The notes below the pieces were generated by a model that saw only the letters and a program-made list of their open reading frames with translations, made no database searches and had not been told where the DNA came from. Below are positions 1-9,258 of a stretch of 37,847 bases of DNA, in pieces. Source of the DNA: Candidatus Micrarchaeota archaeon (lineage in GTDB: Archaea; Micrarchaeota; Micrarchaeia; Burarchaeales; JAKAKT01); the NCBI GenBank assembly GCA_964649265.1, contig CAZYPB010000001.1:1-37847 (forward strand), read 5' to 3'. Position 1 is the stretch's first letter. Each line of letters opens with the position of its first letter. Made by a program: the position numbers and the translations under genes.

Positions 1-1
1 C

Positions 2-3000
2 ACAGCACCATACATAACTTCCCCAACAATAAATGACACTACTCCCGGAACACTTGATACTCTACTATGTAATAATGGAAGTTATTCTGATGAAGATGGA
101 GATTCAGAGGGAACAAGGCAGTGGAGGTGGTTCCTGAATGGCGCTCCAATACCTGGTGCAACATCCCAGACACTCGTCCTAAGCCAGCCAAGCCAGGGAG
201 ACAGGGGAGATACAATAAACTGTTCGCAGGTAAGTTATGACAGCGGTTACAGCCCAAGGCAGTCGCCTGAGAACTTCTCAACACAGGTTACAATAGTTAA
301 CACAGCACCATCTGTTTCAGTTTCAATAACACCGCAACCATACCCTGCAAACAACCTTCTATGCACAGCCTCGGGCTCAGACCCAGATGGAGATAGCATT
401 AATTACACTTATGTCTGGTGGAATGGAACAACAAACATAACCTCGACTTACACCAATGCAACTACATTCTTACTTACTTCTGGGAACACAACACTTGGAG
501 ATGTGTGGACATGCCAGGTTACTCCGTTCGATGGAGCTGTTAATGGTACAACTGTTAACAGTAGTGTCACAATAGTGTCTGATCCAAACGGAGGTCCAGG
601 CCCGACAACCCCGTCTCTAGTACTTTCAATAACCGGGAACTGCTTCAACGAAACAGTTACAATATCCGTTTCAAGCACAATCGGTTCAGCTGGTGGAGCG
701 AATATTCGTGTTATCTACTATGATGGAAGCTGGCAATTGGAGACAGCTGGTTCAGCAGACTTCTCAGGACAGTTTACATTCGTCCCACAGCGCATAGCAC
801 AGTATGAGATCCAGGCAACACTAGTTGGTTATAACCCAGCAACAACGCAATTCAACGTGATCTCATGCACTCCAACGTGTGGAGAATGCGATGGTGTATG
901 TGAGGATGTATTGTGTTTTGGAACAGATCCTGACTGTGATTCATCAGGTGCTGTTGTAGATGGGAATCCGTGTACAGCGGGAATATGCTGCGGAGGGTCA
1001 TGCTTACAGAACTGTTCCTCAAACTCAGATTGCGACGATGGGGACCCATGTACATCTGACCTCTGCCCAGGAGGAACAGGCTGCTCTGCAATATGCCAGA
1101 ACAACCCAATATCAGTGTGCCAAGATGGTGACGGGTGCTGTCCAACTGGGTGCTCAGATGAAACCGATTCAGACTGCACTCCGTGCTCTTCCTCATGCCA
1201 GGGAGATGTGCCAGGAAAGCAATGCCAGGAATATGGCTGTGTGCTTGGGGAATGCACCGAGATACTGAAGATGGGCTGTTGCGGGAACAACATATGCGAG
1301 GTTTCTAGCGGAGAATCAACTGAAACATGTCCAAGTGACTGTCTTCTTTCATGTGGGGATGGGGTATGCGATCTTGATGAGGACAAATGCAATTGTCCAA
1401 ATGACTGCGGAGCATGTACAGGAGAATGCGATGGAAAGTGCTCATACTACCAGTGCATGCCAGATGGGTGCAGCTGCCTTATAATACCTAATTGCTGTGG
1501 AAATAAGGTCTGTGAAGAAGGAGAGACATTCATAGAATGCCCTGAAGACTGTCCTCCATCAATACTTGAGATAAGGGTACTCTCACCTGGTTTCGGAGAT
1601 ACATATGAGAGAGGAGGAGACCTGGTAATATTGGCAAAGATTATATCTGAACTTAACCCAGTTTACGGAGCGCAGGTTCAGGCTTCAGGATTCTTTGGGA
1701 CAGTCATGCTTTATGACGATGGTCTGCACGGGGACGGATTGGCAGGGGATGGAGTTTACGGTAATTCAGTTAATATAGGTGGATGGGTCATATATGGCCC
1801 ACAGATAATAAACATAGATGCATCGCTCAAGGAAGCAAAAGGAAAGAGATCTGCGATAATAACTGTGGCAGACAGGATTGACATAGATATGAACCTGGAC
1901 AAGACGACAATAGAACTTGGGGACACAATCGAAATAACCGGAAGTGTTGGAGAAGGAGAAGAGTATGAAATACAACTGGACATAAAGACAGGGCCTGGAA
2001 GGATAATAGCTGAGAGATCAATAAAGTCCACCGACACATTCTCATTCCTATATCACACATCATTCCTGGACCCAGCTGACATCTGGCAGATTATAGCAAC
2101 AGCAGTTGATGATGAGAACAACACCAAGCTTGTAACAAGGACACTGACTGTTCTCGAACCCGAGCCAGAAGAGCTTATAACTGTAGAATACCTAAGCCCG
2201 GAAACAGCAGCGTACATGAAAGGACAGGACGTTCAGATAACCGTGAAATTAACCCGATTCGGTCAGGCAATAACAGATGCGACTGTAAAGACCTATGGAC
2301 CTGGAAGAGAGATAATAGTACTAGAGGAACTAGGCGAGGGAATATATGTGGGTTCATATATCATAGGTCTTGATGCTCCTTCGGGTGTTTGGGAGATGCA
2401 AACCAGGGCTTACAAAGTGGTTAATGATGCACTCTATGGCGGGGCAGCCACCATAACAATAGGAATAACTGAGATACCAATACGTCTCGATATCCTTGAG
2501 CCTACAAGCACTCAATTATCAATAGGAGATACTTTCCCAATAAAAGTAAGTGCAGCATATGGGAATGATGAGGTGGCAGATAACATTGTTATGATAACCC
2601 GCCTATCCAACCAATCACTCACCCTGAAACAGATAGAACCTGGGGTTTACTCCGGTTCAATAAAAATAGAACCAATGCAACAGGGGAACGTGCCTCTCCT
2701 TGTGTTCGGAAGGGATCCATTTGGAAATGTCGGCCTTAAGCAGACTGTTCTCAAAGTTGAGGGATACTCACTCCAATATTATCTGGATAGGTACTGGGTT
2801 CATCTTATTGTTGTGATACTGCTGTTGTTCAGCGTACTCTCATACTCCGCCAATAAGATAGCAAAAGGAAGAAAGAGATCTGAAATTTTGAAGAAAAAGG
2901 AGCAGGTAATGGAAGATCAGAAAAGAATTCAACAGGAGTATTTTGTGGATAAGTCCATGGACAAACTCACATTTGAAAAGCTCTCAAGAAAATATGACAC

Positions 3001-3040
3001 GAAACTTAGGAAACTTGAGATAGAGATAAAGAAGCTTTAG
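2..3040 (+). CDS. Large membrane-anchored surface protein, 5'-truncated by the window: Ig-like repeats, Cys-rich repeats, choice-of-anchor-X-like motif, C-terminal TM helix and coiled coil
   Basis: The frame is open from base 2 (TAPYITSP...DEDGDSEG..WRWFLNG...NTAPSVSV...DPDGDSINYTYVW) into the listed 503..3040 ORF, so the true start lies upstream. It has CG(D/N)xxC...CPxDC repeats, the motif LYDDGLHGDGLAGDGVYG, and a TM segment YWVHLIVVILLLFSVLSY followed by a Lys/Glu-rich tail. Confidence 0.85.
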   Translation, partial: TAPYITSPTINDTTPGTLDTLLCNNGSYSDEDGDSEGTRQWRWFLNGAPIPGATSQTLVLSQPSQGDRGDTINCSQVSYDSGYSPRQSPENFSTQVTIVNTAPSVSVSITPQPYPANNLLCTASGSDPDGDSINYTYVWWNGTTNITSTYTNATTFLLTSGNTTLGDVWTCQVTPFDGAVNGTTVNSSVTIVSDPNGGPGPTTPSLVLSITGNCFNETVTISVSSTIGSAGGANIRVIYYDGSWQLETAGSADFSGQFTFVPQRIAQYEIQATLVGYNPATTQFNVISCTPTCGECDGVCEDVLCFGTDPDCDSSGAVVDGNPCTAGICCGGSCLQNCSSNSDCDDGDPCTSDLCPGGTGCSAICQNNPISVCQDGDGCCPTGCSDETDSDCTPCSSSCQGDVPGKQCQEYGCVLGECTEILKMGCCGNNICEVSSGESTETCPSDCLLSCGDGVCDLDEDKCNCPNDCGACTGECDGKCSYYQCMPDGCSCLIIPNCCGNKVCEEGETFIECPEDCPPSILEIRVLSPGFGDTYERGGDLVILAKIISELNPVYGAQVQASGFFGTVMLYDDGLHGDGLAGDGVYGNSVNIGGWVIYGPQIINIDASLKEAKGKRSAIITVADRIDIDMNLDKTTIELGDTIEITGSVGEGEEYEIQLDIKTGPGRIIAERSIKSTDTFSFLYHTSFLDPADIWQIIATAVDDENNTKLVTRTLTVLEPEPEELITVEYLSPETAAYMKGQDVQITVKLTRFGQAITDATVKTYGPGREIIVLEELGEGIYVGSYIIGLDAPSGVWEMQTRAYKVVNDALYGGAATITIGITEIPIRLDILEPTSTQLSIGDTFPIKVSAAYGNDEVADNIVMITRLSNQSLTLKQIEPGVYSGSIKIEPMQQGNVPLLVFGRDPFGNVGLKQTVLKVEGYSLQYYLDRYWVHLIVVILLLFSVLSYSANKIAKGRKRSEILKKKEQVMEDQKRIQQEYFVDKSMDKLTFEKLSRKYDTKLRKLEIEIKKL

Positions 3041-3249
3041 AGCTGGTTCTTTAATTTCATGAAAAGAAGGTAGATGAGAACAAGTGAGAAGAAGCCAACA
3101 AAGAATGCACCAACCTCGGCAGCGTAGGCAAAACCAACAATCTCATTTAGATTGAAAACCTGGAATGAGTTGTACACCCCCCAGGAGATTATTGTTGCAG
3201 CAACCATGCTCAACAGCAGCTTTCCTATTGCACTCATCGCTTCTCCCAT
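3037..3249 (-). CDS. Small two-TM membrane protein, hypothetical
   Basis: 70 aa with two hydrophobic helices. It fills the gap between neighbours and has a GTGA RBS-like sequence upstream. Confidence 0.6.
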   Translation of the reverse strand: MGEAMSAIGKLLLSMVAATIISWGVYNSFQVFNLNEIVGFAYAAEVGAFFVGFFSLVLIYLLFMKLKNQL

Positions 3250-3311
3250 CGAATCACTTACTACAGTTCTTTCTTAATAAATATTTTATACTTTCTCTCC
3301 AAAAAACTTCC

Positions 3312-4844
3312 ATGCAATCCGCTTTATTGTTATTTGTAGTTCTCATAGCTGGTGCCTCTTCCCTTGTTTACGAATTGGCGTCAACTGAGATACTGTTCTT
3401 CTTTTTCCCTGAAAGCGGGCAGACAGTTGCAGTTGTGCTTGCAATATTCCTCTTCGGACTGTTTACAGGAGCATTATTCACCTCCAAAATAACTCCCAGG
3501 TTCAAAGACAGCCAACATCTGTTTTCATTGCTACAGATGGGTGCAGGAATATCTGTTCTCTTACTCTCAGCAATATTCTTCCATATCCCCGCGTTGACAG
3601 CTTACTTGTATAATATGGGAAATGAGAACTCATTCGTACCAAGGGTTGCTTTGGGAACGCTTCTCCTGCTCCTGCCATCATTCTTTTTCGGTTCTTCTTT
3701 TGCAGCAATTGTGGATGAGTACATGGGAAGTAAGAAAAGAAGGCTGTTTGGAACAATATATGCAGTTGATGTTCTCGGGGCAGTTGCAGGGGTTTTGATA
3801 ACGGGGTTTCTTCTGTTTCCATCGATTGGGGTAATGGCAACTTCAGCAGTGTGCTCCGGGCTAAATTTTCTGGCATCCGCACTTGCCGCTAAGAAAAAGC
3901 ACATTCTATTTGTTTCGTCTGTTCTCCTCATAATTGCAGTTATGACTGCCGTGATTTTCCTTTCCCCCCGCGAGCAGAAGTTTTCAATAGAGGGCAAAGC
4001 TAACCTTAAACCATTTAACAAATCAAAAATCCAAATCCATCCTTGCGATGGAACCCATGTGTCGAAAATAAAACCATCAGTTGATCCAAATGCGGATATT
4101 CTCTTAAGCGAGAACTCCCCCTATGGACTTGTGTTTATTACTACTGCTGAAGAAAATACATTTCTCTGGATAGGCCGTGCGATACAATGCGGGACCGGAA
4201 TGCCAGTGGAATACAATCTAGGTGCAAATACCGCAAATCTTCTAGCGGATAATAGCACTGTCATGAACATAGGTTTGGGCTGCGGATTTACATTACAGGG
4301 CATACTTCTCTTGGACAAAGTGAAGGAGGTCGATGTTGTCGAGATAAACCCAGTGGTGCCAAGTGTTTCATCCTCCTGCTTCTGGCGCAAAGGGTACTCC
4401 CCAATAAAAGACAACAGAACAACAATATACCTTGATGATGCTGCCCATTATTTGTTGGTTAGCACAAAGAAATATGATGCAATAGTAATGGACATACAGA
4501 ATCCTGCAGTCATACATTCGTCTCCACTCTATACAAAGGAGTATTTCCAACTTATGAAAGCATCCTTGAATGAAGGAGGAATCCTTTCTATTTATGGTTA
4601 TAATTTCGAGGGGGGCAGGCCCATAATATATGAAACACTTGAGACAACTTTCAAGTATGTCTACTATCTAAAAGACGAGCCTTCTGATATATATTATGCA
4701 TCAGATAAGCCTCTTAGCACAAGAGCACTAAAGATGACTGAGGAAGATATTAATGAAACAGAGAGACTTAATTCAACTCCTGCTGAGATAAACACACTAC
4801 AAAAACCAGTTCTGAAATACATAATTATGAATCCACCTAAGTAA
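3312..4844 (+). CDS. Fused membrane domain / spermidine-synthase-like (SAM-dependent transferase fold) protein
   Basis: About 7 N-terminal TM helices (SLVYE..., GTIYAVDVLGAVAG). The C-terminal domain has IGLGCG, VEIN, DDA and YDAIVMD motifs. Start moved to ATG 3312 (MQSALL), which avoids overlap with the opposite-strand gene. Confidence 0.85.
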   Translation: MQSALLLFVVLIAGASSLVYELASTEILFFFFPESGQTVAVVLAIFLFGLFTGALFTSKITPRFKDSQHLFSLLQMGAGISVLLLSAIFFHIPALTAYLYNMGNENSFVPRVALGTLLLLLPSFFFGSSFAAIVDEYMGSKKRRLFGTIYAVDVLGAVAGVLITGFLLFPSIGVMATSAVCSGLNFLASALAAKKKHILFVSSVLLIIAVMTAVIFLSPREQKFSIEGKANLKPFNKSKIQIHPCDGTHVSKIKPSVDPNADILLSENSPYGLVFITTAEENTFLWIGRAIQCGTGMPVEYNLGANTANLLADNSTVMNIGLGCGFTLQGILLLDKVKEVDVVEINPVVPSVSSSCFWRKGYSPIKDNRTTIYLDDAAHYLLVSTKKYDAIVMDIQNPAVIHSSPLYTKEYFQLMKASLNEGGILSIYGYNFEGGRPIIYETLETTFKYVYYLKDEPSDIYYASDKPLSTRALKMTEEDINETERLNSTPAEINTLQKPVLKYIIMNPPK

Positions 4845-5933
4845 CTAGTCAGCGGCTATGATCTTTTGCCATGAGGTTAGATCAGAACTGTTTTCCCTCA
4901 TCTTATGCTCGATTTTCTCCATTGCTATGTTTGTTGCACCTGTTCTTACGCTTGTCCCAGATCTTTCAATTGTGTCAAATGCAGTTCTCTGCATAGAATG
5001 AGATATAACTTCAGTCATATCCGTGAGATTTCCGCCAATGTACTCAATATGGGAACTTATGCTCATTCCTCCACATGCAAGTATATCCGGTATAACTGTT
5101 ACGCCATCTAACTCGAGCTGTTGCTCTATGCCATAAACCGCACCCATTTTTCCCTCAATAACAATTCTAGGTCTTACATTTCCAATGAGCTTTTTTGTTA
5201 AGTGTTCAGTAGCTATCATTACATCGAACTTTTCAGATAATGCCTGCTCAAATGAAACAGGCGTTCCCCCATTGAACGCGTCAGCCCTTCCTCCATCCCT
5301 CAACATCTTTGACAATGAATTGAAATCCAATCCATCAGAATTGACAGTCCCTCCATCAGAATCAACTGCGCCTACAATACTAACTCCGTTTCTCTCAAGC
5401 ACTCTCCCAGCAAAACCAGCATCTATTCCCAAACCAAAAAGCATCACTTTTGGTTTTTCTATTTTCCTTGCATTAAGTGCCTGTATTGTACAGTGAGCAA
5501 TTCCCAATCCAACCTGTCCTGCCTGGAAAGGTATGCCTTTCAGAGAAGATGGTTTTCCAACTGCCCCCCTAACATCTCCACAGGAGTATGCATATACCTC
5601 CATTAGTTCCTCAGTTAATCCCTCTCCTGGCTGAGCTATGAATATCTTGTTTGCATATGGGATTATCCCAGCAGCGAATTCCTGGAGATCCAGGCGCGTG
5701 TCTCCTCTTTTTGTTATGTATGCGCATGCGCCTCCGAACGGGACATCGTGCAGGGCATTCATTATTGTGTGTGTTCTTGCTTTCTCGAAAGCAGTTTCAA
5801 CTGTTACATTTTCTGAGAGATATATGCCGCCAAGCCCGGGCCCGAATGCAGTATTATCAACAATAAGTATGCCCAAACTTCCAGTTGCGGGCTGGTATAT
5901 CTGAAGTATCTTTTCTGGCCCGTATCTGTCCAT
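4845..5933 (-). CDS. Glu/Leu/Phe/Val dehydrogenase family homolog with degenerate active site (probable pseudoenzyme)
   Basis: The GDH scaffold is recognisable (GPEKILQIY, DNTAFGPG, PFGGA, GKP, DSDG..GLD, VIPDILA), but the catalytic Lys/Asp positions are substituted. Confidence 0.85.
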   Translation of the reverse strand: MDRYGPEKILQIYQPATGSLGILIVDNTAFGPGLGGIYLSENVTVETAFEKARTHTIMNALHDVPFGGACAYITKRGDTRLDLQEFAAGIIPYANKIFIAQPGEGLTEELMEVYAYSCGDVRGAVGKPSSLKGIPFQAGQVGLGIAHCTIQALNARKIEKPKVMLFGLGIDAGFAGRVLERNGVSIVGAVDSDGGTVNSDGLDFNSLSKMLRDGGRADAFNGGTPVSFEQALSEKFDVMIATEHLTKKLIGNVRPRIVIEGKMGAVYGIEQQLELDGVTVIPDILACGGMSISSHIEYIGGNLTDMTEVISHSMQRTAFDTIERSGTSVRTGATNIAMEKIEHKMRENSSDLTSWQKIIAAD

Positions 5934-5957
5934 ACTATTAGATTCGACATCCTGAAT

Positions 5958-5969
5958 AAAAAGCTTTTT
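5958..5969. promoter_or_regulatory. Perfect 12-bp palindrome AAAAAGCTTTTT in a 50-bp divergent intergenic region (possible bidirectional promoter or operator)
   Basis: Seen directly between the divergent GDH-like and GT2 starts. Confidence 0.35.
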
Positions 5970-5983
5970 GAAAATATAGAATT

Positions 5984-7156
5984 ATGATTGAGTATATTCT
6001 AGCGTTCCTTGCACTTTACACTACAGTGTTCTATTTTCTCCTCTACCTTTCGAAATCAGAGGAAATGGAAGACCCAAAACCAAAGGATTTCCCTTCGATA
6101 ACAATAATCATCCAAGCATACAACGAGGAGAAAACAATAGGCAAGACAATAAGTTCAGCACTCTCTTTGGAATACCCAAAAAACAAACTGAAAATACTGG
6201 TTGTGAATGATGGTTCAACCGATAAGACGGCTCATGTTGCAAGAAAATACAAGGTTCAGCTGTTGGATAAAAAGAATACGGGTAAAGCAAACTCCTTGAA
6301 TCGGGCAATAAAAAAGACAAAAACAGATCTAATTGCAGTGCTTGATGCAGATTCATATGTTGATAAAAAGGCTCTCCTAAGGACGGTGGGATATTTCAAA
6401 CACAAAGAGGTTGGTTCTGTTACCTCTGCAATGAAGGTATGGAAACCTAAATCTATTCTTGAGAGAATGCAGAGATCCGAATATCTGATAAATGCATTCA
6501 TAAAAAAACTCCAGAGCTTCATAGATGGGATTTCCGTAACTCCCGGTCCCCTCTCAATATATCGGAGATCGGTGTTCTCCAGAATAGGTTTTTTCGATGA
6601 ACATACACTTACTGAGGACCAGGAGTTTGCACTGCGGATGCAATCTTCGGACATAAGAATTGAGAACTCAATAAATGCATATGTTTATACGTCTGTCCCA
6701 AAAACCCCTGCGGATCTTTTCAAGCAAAGGAGAAGGTGGTATTTAGGATATCTCCAGAACATATGGAAGCACAAGGAACTTTTCAGTCCAAGGTATGGTG
6801 ATTTTGGTCTGTTTGTACTTCCAACGGCATTTGTCCTGCTTATTTTTACGGTTATATCTCTCATTTGGGCATATTTTCCAAAAACATTTGACCTTTCATT
6901 TTCCTTTCAGATGATGCCCTCTTCTTTACTTTACCTTGAATTCACACCAACAAGAATTGCTTTCCTAGCAGTGTTTCTAATAAATGCAATCGCCGTTATC
7001 TACACATTAAGAAATACTAAAGAATCCGGGTTCCTGGGAAGCTTTTTATCTTTGTTTGTAATCTCTTACATCATGCTTATGCTCTGGATCGTGGTTCTTG
7101 CAGAGCATATATCAAACACTGTTAGAGGTGTTAAACCATTATGGAGAGGAAACTGA
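5984..7156 (+). CDS. Processive family 2 glycosyltransferase (cellulose-synthase/PgaC-IcaA-like)
   Basis: AYNEE, NDGSTD, GKANSLN, DAD, TED and QRRRW motifs, with an N-terminal and several C-terminal TM helices. Confidence 0.92.
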   Translation: MIEYILAFLALYTTVFYFLLYLSKSEEMEDPKPKDFPSITIIIQAYNEEKTIGKTISSALSLEYPKNKLKILVVNDGSTDKTAHVARKYKVQLLDKKNTGKANSLNRAIKKTKTDLIAVLDADSYVDKKALLRTVGYFKHKEVGSVTSAMKVWKPKSILERMQRSEYLINAFIKKLQSFIDGISVTPGPLSIYRRSVFSRIGFFDEHTLTEDQEFALRMQSSDIRIENSINAYVYTSVPKTPADLFKQRRRWYLGYLQNIWKHKELFSPRYGDFGLFVLPTAFVLLIFTVISLIWAYFPKTFDLSFSFQMMPSSLLYLEFTPTRIAFLAVFLINAIAVIYTLRNTKESGFLGSFLSLFVISYIMLMLWIVVLAEHISNTVRGVKPLWRGN

Positions 7157-7800
7157 GTCCAATACATATTGTTGCATTGGCCGTAACATCCTTGATATTC
7201 TTGGTTGGAATCCTGTTTGGTTGGCAGCTGGGATATACTGCAGAGAATCAGATGAGGGATGACTTTGAACAACTGAGAACAGAAAGCTATACGCTTGAGG
7301 TGCTTTCACTAATGATGAACAGAGGTGAGATGAGCTGTTCTGTTCTTGAAAAGGAGTTTTCGAAACTCTCAAGAAATACAATCCAATATGGGGAAAACCT
7401 TGATTATCTTGAGAAGAAACTTGGAAAATTCGATCCAGAGGTTATGCGCCTTAAATCAGATTATTCACTTATGCAGGCAAGGAATTACCTTCTTCTAAAG
7501 GAAATGGATGAGGGATGTGGTTCAGAGCACGTTACCGTATTGTATTTTTATTCTAATGAGAATTACTCTCCTTCGTCTGACCAGGGGATAGCTTTGGATG
7601 AGGCTCTTAATTCATTGCCAGAGGTAATGAAAAGAACTGTTATTTACCATTTCGATGTCAATGTGAGAAACTCCGTTGTAGATGCATTCAAAGAGCAATA
7701 TTCAGTTAGTGTTTCACCAACCATGGTAATTGATGGAGGTAAACATGAAGGATACAGGAGTTCAGAAGAATGTAGGAAAATACTCGAAGAGATAAGCTAA
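7141..7800 (+). CDS. Membrane-anchored coiled-coil plus thioredoxin-like-fold protein (no CxxC)
   Basis: N-terminal TM, then a helical region, then VLYFYS...YSVSVSPTMVIDGGKHEG (thioredoxin cis-Pro loop-like). It overlaps the GT2 3' end. Confidence 0.7.
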   Translation: MERKLSPIHIVALAVTSLIFLVGILFGWQLGYTAENQMRDDFEQLRTESYTLEVLSLMMNRGEMSCSVLEKEFSKLSRNTIQYGENLDYLEKKLGKFDPEVMRLKSDYSLMQARNYLLLKEMDEGCGSEHVTVLYFYSNENYSPSSDQGIALDEALNSLPEVMKRTVIYHFDVNVRNSVVDAFKEQYSVSVSPTMVIDGGKHEGYRSSEECRKILEEIS

Positions 7801-7931
7801 CGTTTCCCACAGTTCTTGCAAACCTTTCCTTCAGGATTATAACAAGCAGGGCAAACCCTTGCGCCGCATATCGAACAACTGAATTTAGGAGTTAGTTTGC
7901 CGCAGATATCACAAAGACCAGCAACTTCCAA
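7797..7931 (-). CDS. 44-aa small zinc-finger protein with four CxxC motifs (absent from the ORF track)
   Basis: Manual translation: TTG-EVAGLCDICGKLTPKFSCSICGARVCPACYNPEGKVCKNCGKR-TAG, with a GGTGA RBS directly upstream. It follows hypA. Confidence 0.85.
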   Translation of the reverse strand: MEVAGLCDICGKLTPKFSCSICGARVCPACYNPEGKVCKNCGKR

Positions 7932-7942
7932 AACATCACCAA

Positions 7943-8272
7943 TTAACCTTCAACCTCTATGTCTATAACTTTTACTTCATTGGCATTTGTCTCTATATCT
8001 GGAGAACCGCACTTCGGACACCTTATCGGCGAGTACTCTGCTGTCATCTGTTTCTTACATGCATGACATTTCAAGTACGTTTTCATCATCTTTATATCCA
8101 GCTTCGCACTACCGGCAGATGTGCTTTCTGAAAGCATAAAGAAAAGTTCTCTGAATTCCTGCAGGTCTGATACATTGGATCCAAGCTCTAGCCGTATTAC
8201 CTTAACCTTTCTCCCCCCTGCTGCCTCAAGAACTTTGGAAAGTGCAGCTTTTACATATGGCATCTCGTGCAT
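7943..8272 (-). CDS. hypA: Hydrogenase nickel metallochaperone HypA
   Basis: N-terminal MHE Ni-binding motif and a CHAC...CPKCGS zinc site. Confidence 0.93.
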   Translation of the reverse strand: MHEMPYVKAALSKVLEAAGGRKVKVIRLELGSNVSDLQEFRELFFMLSESTSAGSAKLDIKMMKTYLKCHACKKQMTAEYSPIRCPKCGSPDIETNANEVKVIDIEVEG

Positions 8273-8277
8273 AGTAT

Positions 8278-9258
8278 CTATTCCTCTCTTCTAACCCACG
8301 GAGGAGCATCCTCAAACCCATGTTCATCATTTATGTGTTCAACCCCGCCGAAAACGTCCTCATGTGTTGGATCGTCACTTTCTTCACGTATATCCGTATC
8401 CTCTTGCTCCTGTGAACCCTCTGTTTTTCCATCACCGATCTCATCTATGTCTTCTTTCTTCTCATTATCAGTTACTTCCGGTTCCTCTTTTTCTTCTGAA
8501 ACCTCCTCCTTTTCTCGAGCATCGTTTTCCTCTTTCTTTTCTGGAGTTTCCTTTTCAGATTCCTCTACGCTATACTCCTTTTCCACTGGGGGTTCTTCTT
8601 TCTCTTCTGTTTTCTCCGCTTCTTTTGTGTCTTCCTGTGTTTTCTCTTGTTCCCCTACAGGTTCTTCTTTCTCCTCTTTAGTCTCAGTTTTGGGTTCTCC
8701 AATTTCTTCCTTTATTTCCGGTTCAACCGGTTTCTCAGTTTCAAGCGTTTTCTCCTCTACTTTCAGCTCCTTTTCATATGGGGCCTCTTGTTTTTTGGGA
8801 GCAGTCGCCATCTTACAAGCAGGGCATTTCTCGAATAATTCAGGTTTCAGGTTCTTTACTTCAATCATATGTTTTTTCTGAACAAGCGGCATGAATTCCT
8901 TTCCACAAACAGAGCACTTGGCCATCTCATATATCTTCTTTGCATACAGCTCCTTATCCTCTCTTGCAACTTCATACTCATGTGTAAATTTAACTGCATC
9001 CACCGGACATACGTCTGCGCATCTGCCGCAGGAAATGCAGTGTGGAAGCCAATAGACAAGGGACTTCCTATCGAATTTTATGCATTTTGCAGGACAGGCA
9101 ACAGCACATGCTCCGCAAGCAATACATGCATCAGTTATCTCAATCATTCCTCTAAACCGTTCAGGAGGAGTCACTTTCTTTTTTGGGTATGGAACAGTGT
9201 AGGGATAACGGAATATGTTTCTTATGACGTCTCCAAGCATTTTTGGTATTAATTTCAT
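8278..9258 (-). CDS. mbhN: Membrane-bound hydrogenase 2x[4Fe-4S] subunit (MbhN/NuoI/HycF-like) with long acidic C-terminal extension
   Basis: YTVPYP..PERFRG, two CxxCxxCxxxCP motifs, an extra CSVC...CPAC, then about 175 aa rich in Glu/Lys/Asp. Confidence 0.9.
   Translation of the reverse strand: MKLIPKMLGDVIRNIFRYPYTVPYPKKKVTPPERFRGMIEITDACIACGACAVACPAKCIKFDRKSLVYWLPHCISCGRCADVCPVDAVKFTHEYEVAREDKELYAKKIYEMAKCSVCGKEFMPLVQKKHMIEVKNLKPELFEKCPACKMATAPKKQEAPYEKELKVEEKTLETEKPVEPEIKEEIGEPKTETKEEKEEPVGEQEKTQEDTKEAEKTEEKEEPPVEKEYSVEESEKETPEKKEENDAREKEEVSEEKEEPEVTDNEKKEDIDEIGDGKTEGSQEQEDTDIREESDDPTHEDVFGGVEHINDEHGFEDAPPWVRREE

Noticed and set aside
8267-8881. Ser/Phe-rich 204-aa plus-strand ORF
   Set aside because: Antisense shadow of the Glu/Lys-rich MbhN tail.
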